64,000 bases of DNA from Kiritimatiellia bacterium (lineage in GTDB: Bacteria; Verrucomicrobiota; Kiritimatiellia; RFP12; UBA1067): assembly GCA_045656285.1 (NCBI GenBank), contig JAZOQY010000032.1, positions 6,758 to 70,757 of the forward strand. The letters are read 5' to 3'. The notes below the pieces were generated by a model that did no database searches, was not told the origin of the DNA, and was given only the letters and a program-made list of their open reading frames with translations. The stretch's first letter is position 1. Each line of letters starts with the position of its first letter. The translations under genes and the position numbers were made by a program. Shown one piece after another: positions 44,623-53,212 of the stretch.

Positions 44623-45135
44623 ATGAAGCATGGGCTGCAACGCTCGTATTATTATTACGAGTCGCGCCGTTGTTTTTGGATGTTGTTTTTGATTGTCACA
44701 AAAGCAGCAGAGTTCTTTGTTGGCTATCCAGCTGTCGCGTCATTAATAGATGGGAAACTGAGCGTTTGGGTTTGGGTTCGGGCCATCGTTGCTACCGGAT
44801 CATCTGTCTTGACTTTGTGCCAGGCGACTTCGCGCAGAGACATCCTTTTGCATCAGATGCGAGAGATGGGCGCGTGCTTGGGGATGATGCCTTATCGCTC
44901 GGAAGACGAGACAGAGGAGTTGTACCTAAAAATCAAGATGCGTCGCGAAAAGGCAGAACGTAAGGACGATGTAATTTTCGAAGTCGTGGATGCGATGTGC
45001 TATAACAAAGCATGCAAGACACTTGGTGCTGCAGAACGTTGGCGTATCACCCCTTGGCAGAAGTTTTTCGGATGGTGGTTGCCGATACCATATACGATGA
45101 ACGCGAAAATGGAACGGGTGGAAAACGGTGTGTAG
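44623..45135 (+). CDS. Two-TM membrane protein, SLATT-like putative effector
   Basis: Two hydrophobic helices (CFWMLFLIVTKAAEFFVGYPAVASLI and VWVWVRAIVATGSSVLTLC) are followed by a ~100-aa soluble tail. It lies directly upstream of the RT gene. An alternative start is GTG 44581. Confidence 0.6.
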   Translation: MKHGLQRSYYYYESRRCFWMLFLIVTKAAEFFVGYPAVASLIDGKLSVWVWVRAIVATGSSVLTLCQATSRRDILLHQMREMGACLGMMPYRSEDETEELYLKIKMRREKAERKDDVIFEVVDAMCYNKACKTLGAAERWRITPWQKFFGWWLPIPYTMNAKMERVENGV

Positions 45136-45162
45136 GCAACAGTTTGTAAATAAAACGGAGCG

Positions 45163-48100
45163 ATGGCGAACAGTAGTGATAGTATTTTTACATTAAAGAA
45201 TGCAACGACGGCTTATAAAAAAGCGAAAGTCGATGCATGGAAATTGCATACGATTAATGCTACCGATTTTATGCAGTTTGAGGTCGGCTTTAAGGAGAAC
45301 ATTGTTGATTTCTTGGCGGATATTTCTTGGGTTGATTATCAAAAGATTTTGTCTGATGATTGGCTGGGAACATGGTCATATCGGATAAAGAAAGTCCATC
45401 CATTGGAGGAGGAGGTCGCCGGTGAAATATTTTCAGCTCCAGTAAAACAATTAAAAGGGTGCAGTGTCAAGAGTGTTGATTTCAGGGTGTTTGCAGATCC
45501 GTCGGTTAAATTTCATTTGCTGAGTGCATTTTGGATTGCTATGGTTGCGCCAAAATACAATGCGAAACTGCGGAGTTGCGTTTATGGTAATTGTCTTCGA
45601 CATGGGCAGAATCCTCGTGCCGCAGGATCGTTTGTTGGATATATTGGTAAATTGCAGGAGTGGAAGAAACGGGCAATTGGCACAACGAAGGAATTGTTAA
45701 ATCAGAAAAAAGAGGCAATCGTTGTCACGGCGGATGCAACGGCATTTTACCATTCGTTGAAGCCAGACTTTCTATTGAATGAAACCTATTTAAGAAGAGT
45801 CGGTATAAATTTGACGGATGAAGAACGGGGGCTGACAAGGTTGTTGATATCTGCTATAAATTACTGGGCATCACAAACACCGCTAAAAAGTGGGCTCCCA
45901 GTAGGATTGCCTGTGTCGGCCGTGATTGCAAATCTTGCGCTAGTTGAATTTGACTCAATTGTGTGTGACAGGGTGAAACCTGCTTATTATGGTCGATATG
46001 TTGATGATTTGTTGTTTGTATTTGAAAGGGGCGAAGGAATAAATAATAGGACGGAAGTGTGGCAGCATATTCAACGAGCGTCGAGGAATTTCAGATTAGA
46101 GTTTGTCGGCGGGGATAAGCCTGTGTTGGATTTTGTCCCACAATATGAGGCCGATATTACGAACTCCCGTATTTCATTCAATGGTGAAAAATGCAGGGTG
46201 ATGTTTTTAGATTCAAAATCAGGTGTGGGTTTTATCCGCAGATTGGAAAATCAGATTCGAGAAGTTTCCAGTGAGTTTCGCCTGCTGCCTGAACATATTG
46301 GGGACGCTAAGAGTGTTGAACACCGATTACTGAAACTCGTAGATGCTGACGGAGAGATAGTGGATTCATTTCGTAAAATCGAGATGATGACATTCAGGAA
46401 GGCTGATTTCACGGGATTTGTTCAAGAGATGGAGTTTTTCCAGCGAACATTGATTCCGGCGATGTGGCAAGCACAAAGGCAAGCTTTTTATCGGTTTGTG
46501 TGTGATTACATATTGTCGCTAAAACACTATGACGAATATGAGGCAAATTTATTCCAGATAATCACGCTTGCGGTGAGTTGTGGGGATTTTGTTGAGTTGA
46601 GCAATATTATAGATTCATTGAATGCCCTGGCGAATGAGATTTTGGGCGTTAAATCGTTGTGTGTTGCCCATCCCAAGCAAAGGACTGGGCAGATGCATGA
46701 AATGCAATTCTTGATTACGAAGCAGAATGTTGCGGATCAATGGTTGAGTCGATTGTATGTTCGAATCGCTGACTGCGTTCAGAGAAGTTTTAATTGTCGT
46801 GGTGACGCATCGTATCGTGCGCGATACGATGCGTTTCGTGAGAAATTTCTGGTAAATGCAGGAATCCGATTACTTCCTTCGGCACGCGTTTCAACCTATA
46901 ATCAGCATGCGCTAATTCATGATGTAAGTGAGTTTAGGTATGTTGATCATTTATATCGCAAGGAAATACGTTCCAATAGAATTATCTCTGATAATGGCGG
47001 CATGAGATTGTTATCTGTTGGGTTGAAAATGGACGATGAGGTTAAGTCACTGTTTGATGATTTGTTTTTGGCTGGAGTAGATGCAGTCTATAAAAATGTT
47101 TTGAAAGATGTTTATAAATCTGATGAGATTCCTTATGGGATGTTGTTTCCAACGCGACCTCTCGTTCAGCATGATTTATTCTGGTTGGAAGATGCGAGCT
47201 TGTGGGTAGATAATTCTGATGTAATAATGCAGGCATTCCGTGGGTATGCTGCCAAATTGACAAACAGGGAGCGTGTAAATGATGTGGATATTTTATCTGT
47301 GCCGACGCGGCGAAATCATAAAGTGAGAATTGCGTTGGTAAATATGAAAACTAAAAATGAGGATGTCTACGCAAATTTTATCGAGATTTCACCAGAGTTG
47401 CGATTTCATAGGTTTTGCAAGATTGTTGAGTTAATTAATCGAGTGTTACGGAATGAAAAGAACTTGGATTACATTGTGCTTCATGAGTTGGCGTTGCCTG
47501 CCGAATGGTTTGTGCCGATTGCTGAAAGGTGTGCAATTAGTGGTGTATCTATAATCTCGGGCATTGATTATCTGGTTACTGAAAAGGATAAATATTGCAT
47601 AAATCCTGTGTGGATGTCGCTTGTCGGTGAGAAGGATGGTGGATTTCGTCAGACAGTATATATTTGTGAGAATAAGAAAGATTTCTCGTATGAAGAAGAA
47701 AAAGAAATATCTGACAGAGGCTATCAAAATGATCCTTACAAGACGAAAGAAGATCATGCCATAATTAGGCATGGAGATTTTTGTTTTTCAACGCTGATTT
47801 GTAGCGAACTAACGGATATAGAAAATCGGACGCGTCTACGAGGACTGATTGACGCATTGTTTGTGGTGGAGTGGAATAAGGATGTTAATTCGTTTGCGCC
47901 GATTGTAGAAGCGACCGCGTTGGATCTGAGCGCTTATGTGATTCAATGTAATAATAACGAGTATGGTGATAATAGAATTCGTGTGCCGGCAAAAGAAAAG
48001 CACTTGCGTGATTTGATTCGGTTGAGGGGAGGAGACGCTCCTTATTATGTGTGTGAATCACTTGATGTCAATGCATTGCGCGCACATCAAGAAGAATGGT

Positions 48101-48213
48101 TTGCGAATCGTGATGGGGCCCGTACGACACGAGAGGACTGGGCGTTCAAACCATTACCCAGAGGGTATAAGTTATTTCGATTTCGTTTCCCCGATTCTGA
48201 ATGTGCGGAATAG
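45163..48213 (+). CDS. Defence-type reverse transcriptase (UG/Abi class) with a helical middle region and a C-terminal nitrilase (C-N hydrolase) domain
   Basis: RT motifs VTADATAFYHSL, GLPVGLPVSAVIANLAL and YGRYVDDLLFV (YVDD at 45997-46008). The nitrilase triad candidates are E775 in IVLHELALP, K838/K839 in ICENKKDF and C880 in STLICSEL. Confidence 0.8.
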   Translation: MANSSDSIFTLKNATTAYKKAKVDAWKLHTINATDFMQFEVGFKENIVDFLADISWVDYQKILSDDWLGTWSYRIKKVHPLEEEVAGEIFSAPVKQLKGCSVKSVDFRVFADPSVKFHLLSAFWIAMVAPKYNAKLRSCVYGNCLRHGQNPRAAGSFVGYIGKLQEWKKRAIGTTKELLNQKKEAIVVTADATAFYHSLKPDFLLNETYLRRVGINLTDEERGLTRLLISAINYWASQTPLKSGLPVGLPVSAVIANLALVEFDSIVCDRVKPAYYGRYVDDLLFVFERGEGINNRTEVWQHIQRASRNFRLEFVGGDKPVLDFVPQYEADITNSRISFNGEKCRVMFLDSKSGVGFIRRLENQIREVSSEFRLLPEHIGDAKSVEHRLLKLVDADGEIVDSFRKIEMMTFRKADFTGFVQEMEFFQRTLIPAMWQAQRQAFYRFVCDYILSLKHYDEYEANLFQIITLAVSCGDFVELSNIIDSLNALANEILGVKSLCVAHPKQRTGQMHEMQFLITKQNVADQWLSRLYVRIADCVQRSFNCRGDASYRARYDAFREKFLVNAGIRLLPSARVSTYNQHALIHDVSEFRYVDHLYRKEIRSNRIISDNGGMRLLSVGLKMDDEVKSLFDDLFLAGVDAVYKNVLKDVYKSDEIPYGMLFPTRPLVQHDLFWLEDASLWVDNSDVIMQAFRGYAAKLTNRERVNDVDILSVPTRRNHKVRIALVNMKTKNEDVYANFIEISPELRFHRFCKIVELINRVLRNEKNLDYIVLHELALPAEWFVPIAERCAISGVSIISGIDYLVTEKDKYCINPVWMSLVGEKDGGFRQTVYICENKKDFSYEEEKEISDRGYQNDPYKTKEDHAIIRHGDFCFSTLICSELTDIENRTRLRGLIDALFVVEWNKDVNSFAPIVEATALDLSAYVIQCNNNEYGDNRIRVPAKEKHLRDLIRLRGGDAPYYVCESLDVNALRAHQEEWFANRDGARTTREDWAFKPLPRGYKLFRFRFPDSECAE

Positions 48214-48419
48214 AGGAGGAAATACAGAACCATGTCGAAAGGTGCGTTGAACACAGAGAGTAATAAATTGTCGCGGTTGTGGATAGTTTGTTGTGCGGGC
48301 TGGTTGGGAAGATCGTTACCCGACGTGAGGAAAATTGCAAGCGGCTTTGAGGCGATGAGTTCGGCCGGGCGGACGTGGGGTGTGGCTTGGTGTGATATAA
48401 TTTGAAACGGAGGTAAAGG

Positions 48420-48551
48420 ATGAATAAAAATGTGACGCGGAGACCCAGGAAAGTCCCGAGTTATACATTTAGCGACAAGATGATTTCCCTTGTCGCTGAA
48501 ATAACAGAAGTCGCTACGCACCTTGAAATGCGCGAAAGAAACAATAAATAG
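48420..48551 (+). pseudogene. 43-aa ORF resembling the N-terminus of a Fic/DOC-family protein (truncated remnant)
   Basis: MNKNVTRRPRKVPSYTFSDKMISLVAEITEVATHLEMRERNNK. The YTFSxKMIxLVAEI pattern recalls Fic_N starts. It has its own tgtgatataat element and ggagg RBS, but stops after 43 aa. Confidence 0.3.
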
Positions 48552-48652
48552 CTAAGTTGAATAATTAGGAGTTGTTGAGATGTCCAAGCAAGAAATCATA
48601 AAAGGCGGGGATATTCCCGGTTCCGATTTGCAATCCGCCGTCTGTTCTTTTT

Positions 48653-48661
48653 TGATATAAT
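48653..48661 (+). promoter_or_regulatory. Extended -10 element (TGaTATAAT) of iorA
   Basis: ttttgatataat lies 32 nt upstream of the ATG at 48694. Confidence 0.45.
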
Positions 48662-48693
48662 ATGATTTTATCAATAACACAGTCAGGAAGAAT

Positions 48694-50457
48694 ATGAAAA
48701 AGTTTTTAAGCGCCAACGAAGCCGTAGCCCACGCCGCCGCTCAGGCCGGCTGCATTGTCGCGTCCGCCTATCCGGGCACGCCCTCGACCGAGATTCTCGA
48801 GAATGTCGCCAAGTTCAAGGATACCGTAAGGTGCGAATGGGCGGTGAACGAGAAGGTTGCAATGGAGACGGCGATCGGCGCGTCCATGGCCGGATTCCGC
48901 TCGCTTACCGCGATGAAGCACGTCGGTCTCAACGTAGCGATGGATCCTTTGATGACGTTCACGTACGTCGGCGCGACGGGCGGTATGGTCATTATTTCGG
49001 CAGACGATCCCGGTCTCCACTCCTCCCAGAACGAGCAGGACAACCGCAATCTCGCCAAGTTCGCGCGCGCGGCGCTTCTTGAGCCGGCCGACAGCCAGGA
49101 GGCCTACGATATGGTTCTCGAGGCCTTCGACATCTCCGAGAAGTTCGAGGTTCCGGTAATCATCCGTCTTACGACCCGTACGAGCCATTCCTCTTCGCTC
49201 GTCGAGCTCGGCGACTTCAATCCCAAGCCGCATCCCCAGATCCCCTACGTCAAGAACATCAAGAAGACGATTCCCGTTCCTATGTTTGCGCGCGGCCACC
49301 GTCTCGCCGCCCAGGAGCGCACGGCCGCGATGTCCGCCGCGTCCTGCGAAAGCGCGCTCAACAGGATCGTCCACGGCCGCAAGGATCTCGGCATCGTGAC
49401 GAGCGCCGTCGCGTATCAGTACGTAAAGGAGATTTTCCCCGAGTTTTCGATCCTTAAGCTCGGTTGGACGAATCCGCTGCCCAAAAAGCTCATTTCCGAC
49501 TTCGCGGCCTCCGTCGAGAAGCTTCTCGTCGTCGAAGAGCTCGATCCCTTCCTCGAAGATCAGATTCGCGCGATGGGCATCAAGGTTGTCGAGCACAAGA
49601 CCGAGCTCAACATGCTCGAGCTCAACGCCGACAGGCTCCAGAACCTTCGCCATGAGCTTCTCGGCGACGTCCCCGAGGCGAAGGTCGCCTCTGTCGACGC
49701 GACTCTCCCGACCCGTCCGCCCGTACTTTGCGCGGGCTGCGGCCACCGTGGCGTATTCTACATTTTGAACAAGCTTAAGGCGACGGTCACAGGCGACATC
49801 GGCTGCTACACGCTCGGCGCGTTTCCTCCGCTCAACGCGATGGACACGACGATCTGCATGGGCGCGTCGATCGGCAACGCTGCAGGTATGAAGAAGGCCG
49901 GCTACAAGGGCCGCGTCGCCGCCGTGCTCGGCGACTCCACGTTCTTCCATTCGGGAATGACCGGTATTTTGAGCGCGCTTTACAACAATACTCCCGTTAC
50001 CACGATCGTTCTCGATAACCGCATCACCGGCATGACCGGACATCAGGAGAATCCGGGCAGCGGTAAGACGCTCGCGGGCGATGCAGCTCCCGTTTCCGAA
50101 ATCGCCGAGATCGCCAAGTCGATGGGCTACAAGAAGGTTGTTACCGTCCCCGCTGAAGATCTTGCCGAGCTCGAGCGCGTTCTTATCGACGCGATGGACG
50201 GCGACGAGGCGGCGCTCGTCATCGCCTACGCTCCCTGCCGCATCGCGGCGAAGCTCACCAAGGCGGGTCTCGTCGAGGTCGATGCCGAGAAGTGCAAGGC
50301 TTGCGGCGCGTGCTTCAAGATGGGCTGCCCCGCGATGAAGCGCGGCAAGGAGCTCCGTCCCGGCGCGTTCCAGATGGTCGTCGACGCCAATCAGTGCGCC
50401 GGCTGCACCCAGTGTTCCCAGGTCTGCAAATTCGACGCGATCAAGCGCGTTCGGTAA
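48694..50457 (+). CDS. iorA: Indolepyruvate:ferredoxin oxidoreductase alpha subunit
   Basis: TPP-enzyme layout (AYPGTPSTEI, GDSTFFHSG) and two C-terminal 4Fe-4S motifs (CKACGACFKMGCP and CAGCTQCSQVC). Length is 587 aa. Confidence 0.85.
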   Translation: MKKFLSANEAVAHAAAQAGCIVASAYPGTPSTEILENVAKFKDTVRCEWAVNEKVAMETAIGASMAGFRSLTAMKHVGLNVAMDPLMTFTYVGATGGMVIISADDPGLHSSQNEQDNRNLAKFARAALLEPADSQEAYDMVLEAFDISEKFEVPVIIRLTTRTSHSSSLVELGDFNPKPHPQIPYVKNIKKTIPVPMFARGHRLAAQERTAAMSAASCESALNRIVHGRKDLGIVTSAVAYQYVKEIFPEFSILKLGWTNPLPKKLISDFAASVEKLLVVEELDPFLEDQIRAMGIKVVEHKTELNMLELNADRLQNLRHELLGDVPEAKVASVDATLPTRPPVLCAGCGHRGVFYILNKLKATVTGDIGCYTLGAFPPLNAMDTTICMGASIGNAAGMKKAGYKGRVAAVLGDSTFFHSGMTGILSALYNNTPVTTIVLDNRITGMTGHQENPGSGKTLAGDAAPVSEIAEIAKSMGYKKVVTVPAEDLAELERVLIDAMDGDEAALVIAYAPCRIAAKLTKAGLVEVDAEKCKACGACFKMGCPAMKRGKELRPGAFQMVVDANQCAGCTQCSQVCKFDAIKRVR

Positions 50458-50470
50458 AAGGATTCCCGGC

Positions 50471-51664
50471 ATGGCGAAAGTTGTCTTGAAGAAAGGGCGC
50501 GAGCGTTCTTTGGTCCGTCGCCATCCCTGGATCTTTTCGGGCGCGATCGAATCGGCGGACGATGGTATCGAGGCCGGCGGCATTGTCGAGGTGGTTTCAG
50601 CCGGCGGTGCGACGCTTGGCTTCGGCGCGTATTCTCCCGCTTCTCAGATTCGCGTCAGAATGCTTATCTTCGGGCATAGACCCGTTGAAATCGCGTCCCT
50701 CGTGCGCGATCGCGTTTTCGCGGCGGTTGCGAGGCGTTCCGATTTCTTTGTCGGCGGCTATACCGACGCGGTCCGTCTCATCAACGCCGAATCCGATCTC
50801 CTGCCGGGCGTAGTCGTCGACTTTTATGCCGGTTGGGCGGTATGTCAGATGACTTCGGCCTTCGCCGACAGATATAAAGATCTGATCGCCGATGCCGTTA
50901 TGACGGCCGCGCCAGGTTGTATGGGCGTCAGCGAGAGACTCGATGTTGATGTTCGCGCCAAGGAAGGTCTTAATGTCGGCTCGTTCGCCGTTTTGAAGGG
51001 TGAAGAACCTCCGGAACTGATCGAAATAAAGGAAGGCGACTGCAAGTTTCTCGTAGATGTCCGAAAGGGCCATAAGACGGGCTTTTATCTCGATCAGCGC
51101 GAAGCGCGCGCGGCCGTCGGTGCTCTCGCGACGAACTGTGAAGTTTTGAACTGCTTCTCGTACACGGGCGGCTTCGGCGTGTTCGCGCGAGCGAACGGCG
51201 CCGAGAAGGTGACCCAGGTCGACATTTCCGGCGACGCGCTCGCGCTTGCCGGGAGGAACGCCGAACTTTTGGGGCTTTGCCACAACAACACAGATTTTGT
51301 CGAGGCCGACGTCTTCAAGTTCCTGCGTTCCTGCCGCGACGAGAACAGGACGTTCGATCTGATCGTACTCGATCCGCCGAAGTTCGCGGAGTCGAAGTCG
51401 CAGGTAATGAAGGCGGCCCGCGGCTACAAGGACATCAATCTCCTTGCGATGAAGCTGTTGCGTCCGGGCGGCCATCTCGCCACGTTTTCATGTTCGGGCG
51501 CGATGACGGGCGACCTGTTCGACAAGATTCTGATGGAGGCGGCCGAAGACGCCGGGCGCGATTTCCAGATCGTATCGCGCACGCGCCAGGCTGCCGATCA
51601 TCCCGTCATGGTTTCGTTCCCTGAAGGGCTCTATCTGAAAGGTGTCATTCTTAGGGCTTTGTGA
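50471..51664 (+). CDS. rlmI: 23S rRNA m5C methyltransferase RlmI-like (PUA plus class I SAM MTase)
   Basis: VVLKKGRERSLVRRHPWIFSGAI N-terminus and the SAM-binding motifs VLNCFSYTGGFG and DLIVLDPPKF. Confidence 0.85.
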   Translation: MAKVVLKKGRERSLVRRHPWIFSGAIESADDGIEAGGIVEVVSAGGATLGFGAYSPASQIRVRMLIFGHRPVEIASLVRDRVFAAVARRSDFFVGGYTDAVRLINAESDLLPGVVVDFYAGWAVCQMTSAFADRYKDLIADAVMTAAPGCMGVSERLDVDVRAKEGLNVGSFAVLKGEEPPELIEIKEGDCKFLVDVRKGHKTGFYLDQREARAAVGALATNCEVLNCFSYTGGFGVFARANGAEKVTQVDISGDALALAGRNAELLGLCHNNTDFVEADVFKFLRSCRDENRTFDLIVLDPPKFAESKSQVMKAARGYKDINLLAMKLLRPGGHLATFSCSGAMTGDLFDKILMEAAEDAGRDFQIVSRTRQAADHPVMVSFPEGLYLKGVILRAL

Positions 51665-51670
51665 TATAAT
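51662..51670 (+). promoter_or_regulatory. Extended -10 element (TGaTATAAT) 6 nt from the rhaB ATG
   Basis: gtgatataat-gatgtt-ATG. It overlaps the rlmI stop and has no Shine-Dalgarno sequence, which implies a leaderless transcript. Confidence 0.4.
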
Positions 51671-51676
51671 GATGTT

Positions 51677-53098
51677 ATGAAAAACTATTTAGCCATCGAT
51701 ATCGGAGCCAGCTCCGGCCGTCATATTCTCGGAACAGTTAAAGACGGGCAGATTTGTCTCGAGGAGATCTACAGGTTTGACAACGGTCAGGTTTTCAAAA
51801 ACGGCCATGACTGCTGGGATGTCGAAAAGCTCGTGTCCTCCGTCAAGGCCGGCATTGATGAGGCGATCGCGAAATACGAGATAGAGTCGATCGGAATCGA
51901 CACGTGGGGTGTCGATTTTGTCCTCCTTGACGAGAAAGGTGAGCTTTGCTCCGATGCCGTTGCCTATCGCGACAGGCGAACTGAAAATGCCGATGTTGAA
52001 ATCGAGGCTCAAGTACTGTCGTTCAAGGATCTGTATTCTCGCACCGGCATCCAGAAGGCGAGCTACAATTCGATCTATCAGCTCTGGGCGCTGAAGAAGG
52101 AGTTCCCCGGACAGCTTGAGACGGCGGCGCATTTTCTCATGATGCCCGAATATCTCAACTATCGTCTTACCGGCAATATTGTCCACGAATACACCGATTC
52201 CTCCACGACGGCGCTTCTCGATGCGGTCAAAAAGGATTGGGATTTCGATCTTATCGAAAAACTGGGCCTGCCGAAGCGCATCTTCGGAAAGCTCGAGATG
52301 CCCGGAGCGGTCGTAGGCGAGTATAAGGGCGTGAAGGTGGTTCTTCCTGCGATGCACGATACGGCGAGCGCGTATCTTGCCGTTCCCGCGCGCGACGACA
52401 AGGCGGTTTACCTTTCCAGCGGAACGTGGTCGCTCCTCGGAGTCGAAAACACTTCGCCGATCACGACGGGCGAGAGCTGCGAAGCGAATTTTACCAACGA
52501 GGGCGGTGCCTGGGGACGTTACAGGTATCTCAAGAACATCATGGGTCTCTGGATGATCCAGTCGATCCGCCGCGAGCTCAATCAGGTCGAATATGTCGAG
52601 GGCAAGGGCGCCGACGCCACCAAAGAGGCTCTGTTGAAGATAGCTGACTACAAGCCCGGCTGGAAATATTCGTTCGCCGAGCTTGAGATGATGGCGCGCG
52701 GAGCCGCCGAATACAATGTTACGATCAATGTCAACGAGCAGCGCTTCATGAACCCCGCGTCCATGATAGGCGAGGTCCTTGCCGCCGCCGAAGCCGAAGG
52801 CCCCGCTCCCAGGACGATCGGCGAGCTCATGCAATGCGTGTACAACTCCCTGGCAGAGTGCTATGCGTCGGCGATTTCGACCTTGTCGTACATCACCGGC
52901 AAGACTTACACGTCGATCAACATCGTAGGCGGAGGCAGCAAGGACAAGTATCTTAACTCTCTTACTGCAGAGGCCACGGGGCTTGAGGTCTTTGCCGGGC
53001 CGACCGAAGGTACGGCAATCGGCAATCTTATCGTTCAGATGATCGCGGGCGGAGAATTCTCCGGTTTGGACGAGGCCCGCAAGGCGATCGTCCGATAA
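51677..53098 (+). CDS. rhaB: Rhamnulokinase (FGGY carbohydrate kinase)
   Basis: YLAIDIGASSGRHILG and IGIDTWGVDFVLLD, with FGGY C-terminal motifs. Length is 473 aa. Confidence 0.8.
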   Translation: MKNYLAIDIGASSGRHILGTVKDGQICLEEIYRFDNGQVFKNGHDCWDVEKLVSSVKAGIDEAIAKYEIESIGIDTWGVDFVLLDEKGELCSDAVAYRDRRTENADVEIEAQVLSFKDLYSRTGIQKASYNSIYQLWALKKEFPGQLETAAHFLMMPEYLNYRLTGNIVHEYTDSSTTALLDAVKKDWDFDLIEKLGLPKRIFGKLEMPGAVVGEYKGVKVVLPAMHDTASAYLAVPARDDKAVYLSSGTWSLLGVENTSPITTGESCEANFTNEGGAWGRYRYLKNIMGLWMIQSIRRELNQVEYVEGKGADATKEALLKIADYKPGWKYSFAELEMMARGAAEYNVTINVNEQRFMNPASMIGEVLAAAEAEGPAPRTIGELMQCVYNSLAECYASAISTLSYITGKTYTSINIVGGGSKDKYLNSLTAEATGLEVFAGPTEGTAIGNLIVQMIAGGEFSGLDEARKAIVR

Positions 53099-53212
53099 GG
53101 CTTTCCTTTACAAGGGGGATTGGCGGGGATTGGGATTCTGTCTTGATCTTTTCGTTTCCCTCTTGTTTTTTGGTCGCCCGACGATACTGATTTTATGGTA
53201 AAATACTTCATT

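Noticed and set aside
36637-48636. A shared 9-mer atttgcaat near both island edges (about 36640 and about 48627) as a possible att or direct repeat
   Set aside because: A match of only 9 nt in AT-rich sequence is easily due to chance. There is no integrase and no longer flanking identity that I could see.
48706-50583. A 625-aa ORF on the minus strand
   Set aside because: It is antisense to iorA and the start of rlmI and has no motifs. It is a shadow ORF.
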